A stretch of DNA of 64,000 nt from Sphaerodactylus townsendi (Eukaryota). Shown here piece by piece: positions 49,805-61,330 of this stretch (position 1 is the stretch's first letter; every line of letters starts with the position of its first letter). The notes below the pieces were generated by a model. It saw nothing but the letters and a program-made list of their open reading frames with translations. It was not told the DNA's origin and did not search any database. Where the stretch lies: assembly GCF_021028975.2 (NCBI RefSeq), contig NC_059427.1:78616001-78680000 (forward strand). Reading direction: 5' to 3'. The translations under genes and the position numbers were made by a program.

Positions 49805-52610
49805 AAATCCAGGTACCAAAGAGCAAAATTTAATGAAAGCCAAAACTCTTAAATATGGATTCTTGTTGAGAAAAATGTCAATGTCTTCATGGTTCTTCCC
49901 CACTCTTATTCTATATTTAAGAAAAGTGTAGTAAAAATGCATATTACAAGTTAACATTTCCCCTCTTTCTCTGCATCATTTTTTTCTTTTCCTCCTCCCA
50001 CCTTTCCATTCATCAAAAACATTTTAAAGATGAGTTTTATGTCTTATTATCACAGGCATTTGTCTTATCACAGAAGGCTCCTTCCCTAAACCCATCTAAC
50101 TGGCTGCATGAATTATCAGACAGGTCTTTTTGATTCTTTTGCCACCAAGGCAACAGTTTTTGTGTAGCTTATTTTATACTATTATGCACTGAAGGAAATC
50201 CCTGTTCCCTGCTCCCATTGCATTTTAAAGTGGAAAATAGGGAGGGGAGCTATGAAAGTTCTTGAGATTGCAAGAAGGATCAGATCTTCTTGGACACCCA
50301 AAAGATTTCTTCATCCGAAGCAGGATTGGTTTCTTTAGCCCTACACAGTATGAGCACATACACAAAACTAAAATAAAAAAATAATCAAAGGCAGACAATC
50401 TTTGTTTTAAAGTACAGAGAACAACAACTCAAAGAATTATTATTGAAGGCTGAAATTAGCATCTTGACTGATTGCTGGATGAAAGATGAGACAGAAAGGC
50501 TTCTGGTGGCACTGAAAGAAAACAAAGAGCCACTAGGCATGCTGTGCCCTCTGAAGGGGATCTGTAGTTTCTGTCTTGCCTGTCTTAATTAAGGTGCCAT
50601 CTTAAGACAAGTGCAAGAAGTTGATGGAACAATAAAGAGTTGAATGGTAAAACAGTTCATAGAGACCAATCGTCAATGGTTGATGGCACTTTTATATAAT
50701 AGCAACTCATATACGACAGATTATTTTAGAGCCAGCTGCCAGTTCCATTTATAAAGAAAGTTGCTTGAGGAAGGTCCTCACAATAGATCCATTTCTATTT
50801 GTAGCCTGTGTTGCCTTCTTGTCAAATCTTTTGCCTCCATTCTAAGTTGAAATCACCTATGTTACACATTATGTTACCCACAGATCTGAGAAATCAGATA
50901 CGACACATTTCTGTCACTTGGAGGAAGTTTTAGCCCCTTGAAAAGTCTGGAGTTACTATCCAATCATGGGCAAGTGGATTATGAGGACAAGGGTTTCAGG
51001 GAAGGGCAAGGCCTCCTCCAGACCATGGTGGAGTAGAAGACATTCCCTATTGTTTTTTTCTTCAAGGGAATGTTTTTCATTCAAATATTTCACTGTTTAT
51101 TGTGGTATCACATACCCACATACAAATGAAGCTCTTGTTTAGATGTAGACACTTACACACACATGACTGGGGAAATACTGCTAGCAGGTCCACTCTCTTG
51201 TGCTTTATGGATTTCAGTGTTTCATTGCAAGCTTGGGTTTTGGATCACAAAGTTTTTAATAGCAAGCAGGGTACCAGCTGGTGTGTTCTATGTGTTCCAC
51301 TTCCCCTCATGATGATAAATGAGATGAAAACCAAATTCGTTTGGCTTTTCTGCAAATCATATCACTGGCAAAAACTTGATTCTTGAATCCGCTGAAAGGA
51401 ATTTTTATCAGATGTGGAAGGCAGAATGAAGGTGAATGTTGATGTCATTCAGTGAAATCTTGAGTTTTTTCATAACAAATCTAATAATCCACAGATCTTT
51501 CACCTAAATCAGATGTGGCCTTACGGAACAAAATGTTCTCAAAACAGCCCCAATGTTTTTAAGTCTGTTTATTGGTTTATGGAGACCCATGGAGCGATCT
51601 GCAGACATTTTTCTGGGAAGGGGAAGGATTGTCTACTCAAAGGTCACAATGCCAAGGAAACCTTACTGAAATCGAGGAATGAGGAAATGGCTGGCAATTG
51701 CCTCTTCAATTTTAAGGAAGCAGACTGGGAGGATGATATGTAATATATGTTTTGCATTTATTTGGTTTCCCTATATGCAAAAGATGGCCACTGTTTTAAT
51801 TGGATGCTGACATTTCCATGATAACTTGCCAAGTCCATATTTTGTGGGCTGGCATGCCCCAAACTCGCAATACTTTTCACTCAAATAACCACTTCGGAGG
51901 TTGGGAATAAGGATCGCATTAGTTCTGCTTATCTGGGCTCTTTTTAGTCCAGATACAATTGTTGATCTCCATTTCCATAAAAGTCTTCCAATTCCTTTCT
52001 CCATGTGAGGCTTCTCTTTCAACTGTCTTTGAAGTCCTTCAATTAACAATGGAATGGAGAACTCTTTCGATAGCCTGGTTAGCCTTGTAGCAACAATTTT
52101 AACACAGTAGAGTTCTGTTGCGTCAAAGGAATTTTGCTTTGTTTTCCTTTCACTGTTAGTAGCATAGACATTTATGGTTTTCATCCCCAACTAAACCTGA
52201 TTTTAAACTGTTGAGCAGAGCAGGGCAGACATTACCCTGACATCACGGGAATTAGTAAGAAAAATATATATTGCACACACTAAGAACTTATTAACAACCA
52301 AGTTAAAAATAAAATGGCGCTGTCTTCCTCAGTGTTCCTGTAACCGTGTACTCAGGGATGTCTCCAAATTCTGTTCAGTTCGGTTGCCCTCTCCTTATTG
52401 CAGTACAGGTTGTACTTTCTTCTGCCTGTGGATTTACTGTAAAACAGAAACACACACGCATACACACACACAAAAGAAAATAGATCTGATTTCTGCTGAA
52501 GGATCCACCGAATTGTCCCTCTTCTTGAAGGTTTGCTTTGATTTGGTTTTGGCACTGGAGATGCTCAGGCCAGGGAGACCCTGCTCTCACCCAAGATCCA
52601 TCAAGGGCAA
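49805..52610 (-). other. GRIA1: Probable GRIA1 3' UTR (~2.8 kb)
   Basis: Repeat-poor stretch following the stop codon. Candidate ATTAAA signal at 49834-49829 followed by a U-rich tract; alternative AATAAA at 51101-51096. The 3' end is inferred. Confidence 0.6.
49829..49834 (-). terminator. Candidate GRIA1 polyadenylation signal (ATTAAA)
   Basis: Minus strand reads gctttcATTAAAttttgctctttggtacctgga followed by a U-rich tract. Confidence 0.45.
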
Positions 52611-52802
52611 TTATAATCCCGTTGCTCCCAGGGACATCCCAGAGCTGTGACCCATGCACGGAATCTCCTGCATGGATTTAGGGAAATCGTGGCTCACCAC
52701 CCGTCCGTTTTCTCCACTGCTGGTTCCCGCCGCGGCTGCTCGAGGAAGGGTTGATGTTCGTATGGCTTCATTGATAGATTGCTGTGGGATCAAACAAAAA
52801 CC
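52611..52802 (-). CDS. GRIA1: GluA1 terminal coding exon (long cytoplasmic tail ending in PDZ ligand ATGL)
   Basis: Acceptor ttgtctctcttaaaag|GGT. Translates [63 protein letters not shown], matching the GluA1 C-tail, in frame with the upstream exon. Confidence 0.98.
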   Translation of the reverse strand, partial: GFCLIPQQSINEAIRTSTLPRAAAAGTSSGENGRVVSHDFPKSMQEIPCMGHSSGMSLGATGL

Positions 52803-53096
52803 CTTTTAAGAGAGACAAGGGGGTCTCCCCCTGTCCTTAGCAATGACTGAATACTCTTAATATACAACACTTTGTAACTTTCCCCTTCTATCTGCTGAAT
52901 GTTCTTGTGATCTTTCCTTACCCAGTCTGCTTGAACTTATTACTTTTAATTCAAGAGTCTCTAAATATCAAGTTTCTGTAAGTTCAGAACATATTCCTAA
53001 CTGCTCAGATAAATTTTGCGACAGAGTTTACTGTTTTATCTGTCAGGCCTAGGAGGTGCTCTACATAAGCTAGAGTATGTGTATCCATGTTGATCC

Positions 53097-53214
53097 TACA
53101 GAGGCTGGATGGCCATCTGTCAGGAGTACTTTGATTATGTGTTCCTGCATTACAGGGGGTTGGTCTTGATGGCCCTTGGGGTCTCTTCAAATTCTATTAT
53201 TATATAATTCTATG
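53097..53214 (+). mobile_element. CR1 3' tail fragment in GRIA1 last intron
   Basis: agaggctggatggccatctgtcagg...gggggttgg...gtctcttc...ttctatga. A similar piece lies at 55339-55453. Confidence 0.75.
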
Positions 53215-53335
53215 AAAAGAGATACATAGAATAGATGAATTGATAGAGGACCTAATCGAAACAAAGCTTTATTAAGCCTGAGCCTTGGAACCTGACAGGA
53301 AGAAAATTGTTTCTTTTGAAATTCACAGATACGAT

Positions 53336-53648
53336 GGATAGCCTAAAAGACAAATCAGTGTGTTCAAGATCAGTTCAACCCTGAACTTCCCCTAGAAATG
53401 ACTAGACAGAGATTATTGTACTTTGGTCACATTATGAGATGGGAAGTGACAGGAAAAGACAATAATGTTGAAGGCAGCAGGAAAAGAGGAAAGGCCAACA
53501 TGCGATGGATTGACTCAATAAAGAAAGCCACTTGGTCCTCAGTTTACAAGCCCTGAGCAAGGTTGTTAACAGTAGGACATTTTGAAGGTCATTAATTCAC
53601 AGGCTCACCATGAGTCCAAAGGATCATGACAGCACTTAGCACATATAC
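53336..53648 (+). mobile_element. RTE/Bov-B-like LINE 3' fragment
   Basis: YFGHIMR and GSRKRGKANMRWIDSIK-like motifs with an RTE-type 3' end. Confidence 0.75.
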
Positions 53649-54801
53649 ATTCAGCTGGGAATAGGCAGCTACCATGAAAAAGAAATAATCTTCAGAGTAA
53701 GATACCAGTCATGAAGCAACCACACCTTCTGAACTTTTTAGAACAAGTCATGGTGTTTCCAGGAGCTCTCATCTAACAATTCAATCACTGCTTCATTCAG
53801 TTGGGCCACTATATGTTTAGTAGTGATTGAGGTTTCAAACCTAACAAGCCATTTTTCAAGCATACAGGTTCAAAGCACTTTTTATAAAAATAAGGCATAA
53901 GAATTTGCACTGACATTTATATTTAGACTTAGAACACCCAGGTGTGGAAGATCATTTTTTGGGCTTGAAAGATTGTCTGAGCTTTAAAGCAACTAGTTGG
54001 TTCAATACAAATGTTATTTCACTTGTTATGAATCTGTTATATACTTCTGGCCTTTTGATTTTAAATTTTAGTTTTATGTTTTTACTGTATTTCATCCTAT
54101 ATGTTTTATCTATGTTTGTAAACCTCCTTGAGCTCTATAAACAAGAAATTTTTAAAATAAATGAAATGGTAATGGTAATGAAGTCCTTCCAATTCAGTCC
54201 TGTGAGCCCTATGACTTTCTCTATACTGTCAGGTGTACTTGTAGTTAAAAAATCAGGACCATAACTCCAAAGCAGAGTAGTTTACATTGGCAATGGATTT
54301 CAAGGTCCTTAGGAAACACAGTCCCATTCTCAGTTCAATTATTTGTGAACTCAAGGTATACCCAAAACAATGGCCATTCAATCTTTTGTTATTTTTCCCC
54401 TCAGAAACTACTTTTTTATTATGTATAGATGCATCAAGAAATATTAGCAATGCACTCTCCTAACAGCATCCTTTTCTTCCCTACTCAATTACCCCAGTTA
54501 ATTTTAGGACTAAACTCTTCAAAAAAATATTGAATATGCTACTTCAAGGAATTAGGAAATTTCAAACCTCCTTATTATATGGGGATTTAACAGAACACTG
54601 TGCCAGATGCCCAAGAGCCTCAACCTCCAAGACAAGTTGTGAAGAGAGCTTGATTTGTACAAGGCTAGCTAGAGAATGTTATATCTGAGGGACTGCCTAT
54701 CCTTATCTTTCCTGTGCAACTGGAAAGCTGCCACAAGGAAGAAAGCAAAGCCTATTTTCTGCAGGACTTAAGTTACAGATGTGTAGTTTCTGATTGAACA
54801 T

Positions 54802-55262
54802 TAACAGCCCAATCCAGTTGGGTGGGGTGCAATGGCTGTGGGAGCAGTGGAGGCCTGCCCCAACACGGTTGCCCATGCCACTGGTGTATGTGGTACCTAT
54901 GTCAATGGGGAGGGCAAATATAACAGTGGGCAGGCACCATGCAACTCCACGGCATCTGACCTGGAAGAGGCTTCTGCCCCCAGAGCTGGGACAGGCTAGG
55001 GGCATTCCCGGGAGTGGAGCCAGCAGTAGTAGGCCCCCACCAGGCTTTTGGCCTGAGAATACTCACACTGCAGCCAAGTAACTTACACCATGAAAACACA
55101 TGACAAAAAGTTACTTTTTCAGTGGGGTTTTCTAGGCAGCAGCGAGCTTTCTCCCTGCTGCTTGCTGCATCACCCAGAACTCCATTGCAGACTACGCAGT
55201 GCTGCCTCCCCCACACCATCCCCAGCCATGGCAAAGCCCCCCACAACTGGATTGGGCTGTTA
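54802..55262. mobile_element. Non-autonomous DNA transposon with 19-bp perfect terminal inverted match
   Basis: TAACAGCCCAATCCAGTTG ... CAACTGGATTGGGCTGTTA. Confidence 0.8.
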
Positions 55263-56158
55263 GAGAATCTTTTTCAAACTGAGAGCAGTATAACGATGAA
55301 ACCTATTATGTTGGAGTGTAGAAGGCTATTCTGTTGTTAAGGGTTTTCAAGCAGAAACTGGGCAATCACTGTTAAGAATGCTCTGAGTTTCCTGTATTGG
55401 CAGGGGACTGGCCTAGATGGTCTGTAAGACCTCTTCCAAATATAAGTCTGTAACAGCTTTGATTTACCAGCAGCAATGCAACAAAATAATTGAAAAGAAC
55501 TTATACAACCAGATGGTTGTGGATGTGGTAATGAAGGAATTACAGTCAGCTAATGGCAAGATCAGTGAAGTGTATGATTCAGAATTTGAATTTCTCCAGC
55601 ATATAATATTTGGATCCTTTACAAATGACCTTTTCTCCTGGCATACTGCATTGAATATGCTCAGCAACTTACACAAGGTTGAACTAAAGAACACATTGTT
55701 TCCCAGGCAACTGATATTCCTATGGAGAACTTGGGTACTGTATCCAAGGGTCTCTGTCATTGCACATTTATTGTTTCCAACACCAACTAATTTCTACATT
55801 TATGGGAGTTTTTAAAAAGAATGTGAGGAACTTCCAGTGGTTAGAAAAAACATTCAAAACTAAGTTTTAAAATTGTGGAATACATTCAGAAAAAGCAGGC
55901 AATATTTGGAAAATATTAGCTGAATCTATTCTAAATACAGCCAAAGAGAATGTATCCATCACTAATTGTTGAGGATAAATAATCATCATGTTTCAAGAAT
56001 GACTTACCAGGGTTAGCCAAGTAGCTATTTGGTGAGACATGATGAAGCTGAGTTAAAGTGATTATTTTTAACCCATAGGTCAAGACTTTCAGGTGGGTAA
56101 AGATGTGCTGGAATGTAAGTCCCTATAAAGTTACCATATTTTTGCTGTTGGTATAGAT

Positions 56159-56304
56159 CAGTGGTGGCGAACCTTTGGCACTCCAGATGTTATGGACTAC
56201 AATTCCCATCAGCCCCTGCCAGCATGGCCAATTGGCCATGCTGGTAGGGGCTGATGGGAATTGTAGTCCATAACATCTGGAGTGCCAAAGGTTCGCCACC
56301 ACGG
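56159..56304. mobile_element. Palindromic hAT MITE (young), GRIA1 last intron
   Basis: Perfect 8-bp TSD GTATAGAT; near-perfect hairpin; same family as 23591. Confidence 0.93.
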
Positions 56305-56766
56305 GTATAGATAGTAGCTTCCTAGTGCTTGCCTTACATCTTCTGTCACCAGCTCTCTTGGTATGCACACAGTTCTGGTTTTGACACTGTGAAGTCTTTT
56401 TCTCTTTCTGTCATGTGATCAGGGTTACACACCATTACATAGTTTGCCTTTCTATCACATGACTATGATATGATATGTCTACCATCACATGACTGCCTGT
56501 CATGCGCTTTCCATGCTGCTGCCTGTGAATTAAAGTTGGGCTCCTGATCTTGAAATGTTAAAGACCACTGGTGTAGAGCAAGTCAATTTGGGCAGGGGAA
56601 AAGAAGAAAATAATTTGGTTGTTTTAGACTAACGGTCCCTAAACTCCACATTAAAGCAAATTGTCTTTATTATGGGTCAAGAATGTTGAACTAGGGACTT
56701 AGCAATTTTAGGAATCTGAGTGGTGTCAGAAAGAAGGTGTGAAAGGCCTGGGGAATGTGTTGCCAC

Positions 56767-56901
56767 CTTCATCCGTTTTGATTCACTTCTGGACTTGTAA
56801 CAAAACTCGATTAAGGCAACCAGCATGGCTAGTCCAAGCCCACCGATGAGGATGTAGAAAACACCGGCCACATTGCTGAGGCTCAAAGCACTTGTTTTGT
56901 C
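56767..56901 (-). CDS. GRIA1: GluA1 AMPA receptor penultimate coding exon (pre-M4, M4 helix, proximal C-tail)
   Basis: Translates [51 protein letters not shown] and SRSESKRMK are GluA1-specific. Minus-strand acceptor cctttcatctctcttatag|GAC and donor AAG|gtggca; 135 bp, phase 0. Confidence 0.98.
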
Positions 56902-59126
56902 CTATAAGAGAGATGAAAGGGAGAGGGGAGGGGAAGGAAAAATCTGTTAGTGAAGTATTATATTTTCAAAAGAAGGCACAAGAGTTTAATACAATAAAAT
57001 GCACCAGCAAGCCACCACTTTCAAATACACATAAGACATTTTTGTTTCCTTTCATTACAGTTGAACTGTACACACAAAAACACTAAACATTTCAATGCAT
57101 TTTCAACGTTGGGAAAGTTTTATTGTATATGTTTTTTTAATCAGCACCCTCAATAATGTATTTGCTCTAAATGTCTTGGTAGTTGAAGTTATTGATAAAA
57201 ATGATATCTGCTTTGAGCTGACATTTACTAGTCTCCAATCTCTTTCACTTTCTCCTAAAATAACTTATGAACGCCTGTTATTTTCTTCCCTGATTGTTTC
57301 CCCCGCAACGTCTGTTGCTGAGCAACATATTAAAAGGTTTATTTTATTTCTCCTAACACACCCCTCCTCCTTTGTACAATACTCAGGTTGCAGTGACATT
57401 ATAAAGGTTTTGTCCGTAGACATTCATTTGATATATTTAATAAAGTAGAGATTTTTGTCTAGGTTCTGGCGATGCATTTTAAATTCATTATATGATTGTT
57501 AATTAGAGGAATTAAACACCAATTGATCATACTTGATTCTAGTTACAAATGGATTTTATAAAAAATCTCTGGAATTAAAACAAACAGGGAAAATAGGAAG
57601 GTATAATTGGTGCTAATTTGGTAGAAGAAAAAGGTGAACATTTATAAATGTTTCAGCCAACAAACATTGCCTGTAATCTGACCAATATTTTGGAGTTGTT
57701 TGATTTCAATCTATTTGTCAAATGAACTCAATACTTGGTTTCAAATTTAAACTTGGAAAATATTGTTTCACTTCTAATTAATTATCCTGTCCACACACAT
57801 TAGAAAAGACTTGAATTAGCATTCTGGGACTCACTGAATAGTCATATAAGATGGTGTTTATACAGATCAAATCCCATCATGCTACACTTTCAAGTTACTC
57901 CTACAAGGAAACAGATGCCCTAAATGGAAACAATTTGTATGTGTGTGCATGTATTCCCAGCCATTCCTGGCTTCTCAGCTACATGGTTCTGAAACTTTCC
58001 TTATATTATATGTTAGGTTTAGTAGTGACGTGTTCACTTGTGGACTGCAAAAGATAATGTAAATGTAAATGAAATGTAGATTTGCAGCTTAAATGTTTGA
58101 AAGAAGTTTGAACAATCATTCTCTGCCTTGAAAATAAATCCCTCATAAAGCAGCATGTGTTGACTTGAAACCACTTCTACCGCACTTTAGAATATTGTGC
58201 TTTATTGGAAGATATGACAATTGAATTTTTTTCCAGCCAGGGCTGGTCTTATGGTCATTTACAGTTATTGAAGCCAGGGCATGGACATATGCACAAGTTT
58301 TTGGCATAAGTTTAAGGGTAAGAACAACAGATGCGGCTCTTAGTCAATAGCCTGCAGCCTATGGCCCACAGACCCAAGCTAAACATGATGGCATCCATGG
58401 AGCTGACCTATGGGTGCACCTTCCATTTTAAAGTGATTTATGTCAGAAGGATCTGGTCATGATTGGACTGACAGCAAAGCAGGCTGAAATGGTCTCGTTC
58501 CCCCAGTGTCTTTTCAAGTGCTGGAACAGCCATGGTGTATGTGGGTGTTCATTTTTGGCACTTGAAAAGACACAGTAAGGACAGTAGCACGTTAAGCTAC
58601 CTCACTGTAGCCCATATTCATGGGTAGGATCTATGGATGCTATTGCATCTAATTTTGTCCTGACTAAATCGGCCCAGAGGATCCCAGACCAACCCAGAAA
58701 AGGAATTGTTCCATGTATTTTTGTTTGTCTAAATGTTTTATTTGTAAACCCCTTTGGGTCCCAAAAGTAAGAAAAAACATGATATAAATATTTATATAAC
58801 CTTAATTAAATAAGGATAATAGATTTGACCTTTACCCTGTCTCCAGCTGTCTTGAGGTCCCTCATTCCCATGGTTGTAAAGTGCCCTTTACATATTATTG
58901 CCTTGCCAAAAGAGCTGGTTTTTATGGGCACATCTCACTTTATAACTGTAATGTTTAAAGGCCTGAAATCAAGTGAACAGAGCTAATCACATACCTATAT
59001 CTTTTCTATAGAATTGGACCAGTTCTGACAGAAGGATACTCATGATTTTGAATTTTTATTGGATTCAGGTATAAAAGGGTTTTGTTACAGAAAACTGCAT
59101 AAAGGGTGAAATGACTAAAATGCCAT

Positions 59127-59270
59127 NNNNNNNNNNNNNNNNNNNNNNNNNNNNNNNNNNNNNNNNNNNNNNNNNNNNNNNNNNNNNNNNNNNNNNNNNN
59201 NNNNNNNNNNNNNNNNNNNNNNNNNNNNNNNNNNNNNNNNNNNNNNNNNNNNNNNNNNNNNNNNNNNNNN
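59127..59270. other. Assembly gap (144 N)
   Basis: Run of N. Confidence 1.
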
Positions 59271-59297
59271 GGCCTTTGTGGTTTCTTCCATCTCTAT

Positions 59298-59846
59298 GGT
59301 CCTTTCCACACAGCAGAAAGGGCGCTGCTCCACTGGCAGAAAATATGCCGGTGGAGGGGAGGGGGCCATTCTGACATTTGGGAGTGTGGGAGCTGCCCTC
59401 AAGAGAGGCCATGCACAGAAGAGGCGTGCTCCGCGACAGAAAGCCAGCCTCTCTTTCAGAACTTCACTACCTCGCCCTCCCAGGATCAGCCCTGGAGGAC
59501 TGCAGGGACCCGCCCATGCTGCCCTCCGACCTCCAGGAGTCGGAGGGCAGCGTGGGCAGGTCTCTGGAGCCCTGCAGACCGACGCTGGAGGACGAGGTGA
59601 GTGGGGGGGGGGACGGGAAAAAAGCGGCGCCTCCAGCGTGTTGCGGTTTGCACCGCGCCGATGGGAAGGCAGCGCTTTCCAAAAACTCCCTCAGGAAGGG
59701 AGGTGGAAAGCGGCACCTTCTCGCTGCTTGGGGCCGCACAGGTCGGTGCTGCTGCGTTGCAGCAGCGCTGCCTGTGCGAACGGCTGCCCAGGGACGGCGT
59801 TTTTGCTGTCCCTGGGCCGTTGTAAATGGCCTGTGCAGAAAGGGCC
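59298..59846. mobile_element. GC-rich Harbinger-like MITE
   Basis: GGTCCTTTCCACACAG ... CTGTGCAGAAAGGGCC; TSD TAT/TAT; right third homologous to 34663 and 63551. Confidence 0.85.
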
Positions 59847-60451
59847 TATGATTCTATGATCCTATCCATCTATCTAATTTGTGATGATACTGAGAGGGCC
59901 ATTCTTCTTAGGCTGGTGGGGGTGGGGGGGATTAGGATTGTTAAAGTGGTGGATGGTAGCTTCTTACAAATTGTTGAAAAAATTGTTAAAAATGAAAAAA
60001 CAAGCCTTTAGGTCTTCAAATGATGATACATAATTATTTCAGAAAATTTTAGCTTCTGTAAAGGTATAGCTATTGAAATGGGTACCATGAAGCTGTTGTG
60101 CTAGTAATGACACTTTCACACAAGACAAGGATGCAATACAGCTTCCATTGAAGGAAAGCACTGACATTAGCTGAATGGATCAGTGAAATAAATAAGGGTT
60201 TGTATCTCATTCCATTTCTAATGACAGAACAGAATGACACCTTTCTCTAGCAGAGGAGTAGGGAAAGGTGATTTGTGCCCATTCCCCATTGTGAAAGCCC
60301 CATGTTCTTCCCAGTGTTGTTCATTATGCCCTAGGAGCAAAATGGGGTAGGCCAGTTTTTGTAGGTGGAAGGGGACAATGAAAGTCTTGCACCACAGACA
60401 TTTGTGAATACTGTAGAAAGCAGATCCCTTCATTTGTCTCTTCATTGCTTT

Positions 60452-60727
60452 GAGAGCAGCAGTGGCATAGTGGTTAAGAGCAGGTGCACTCTAATCTGGA
60501 GAACTGGGTGTGATTCCCTGCGAGGCTTATCTGGGGAACTAGATTAGCCTGGGCACTCCAACACACGTCAGCTGGGTGACCTTGGTCTAGTCACAGCTCT
60601 CAGCCCCACCCATCTCACAGGGTGTTTGTTGTGGGGGTGGGCAGAAGGGCAAGGAGATTATAAGCCCTTTTGAGTCTCCTACAAGAGAGAAAGGGGGGGT
60701 ATAAATCCAAATTCTTCTTCTTCTTCT
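60452..60727 (+). mobile_element. Squam3-like SINE
   Basis: Same head, CORE and (TTC)n tail as the 27241 copy. Confidence 0.9.
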
Positions 60728-61034
60728 TTGCCAAATTCTCTTGCAAATCTCTTGTAATATCTTGGCTTCAATCTTTGTAAATGTCCAACCCCCCACCCCC
60801 CAAATCCGGATGTCTAAAATGCATGCCTCTTGGAACATTTTAATTACAAAATTATCTTTCAGAAACTTTCAGATATTTTTCAGAATTTTTCCCACTTTTT
60901 CTCTAGGGGGCATGCAGTCCCCTGCTCTTTTATTTCAACCTTATAACAATCTGAATGAGAGAGTGACTAGTTAGTGAGCTTTATGCTAGAGTCAGGATTT
61001 AAACTTCAGTCTCCCTTATCCAAGTCTGCCACTT

Positions 61035-61330
61035 GAGAGCCAGTGGAGTGGTTAAGAGCAGGTACACTCTAATATAGGGAATAGGGTTTGATTCCCCGCT
61101 CTGCCACTTGAGCTGTGGAGGCTTATCTGCTGAACTAGATTAGCTTGTGAACTCCAGCACATGCCAGCTGGGTGACCTTGGGCTAGACACAGTTCTTTGG
61201 AGCTCTCTCTGCCCCACCTACCTCACAGGGTGTTTGTTGTGAGCGGGGAAGGGAAAGGAGATTGTAAGCCCCTTTGAGTCTCTTTACAGGGGAGAAAGGG
61301 AGGATATAAATCCAAACTCCTCTTCTTCTT
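61035..61330 (+). mobile_element. Squam3-like SINE
   Basis: Same head, CORE and CTT tail as the 27241 copy. Confidence 0.9.

Noticed and set aside
55417-55815. 132-aa plus-strand ORF antisense within the GRIA1 intron
   Set aside because: Starts inside a CR1 tail fragment; no recognisable homology.
58834-58965. Possible GRIA1 flip/flop exon
   Set aside because: The minus-strand translation has stops in all frames and no VNLAVLKL..KWWYDKGEC motif. I found no such motif anywhere in 56902-64000, so these exons lie outside the window.
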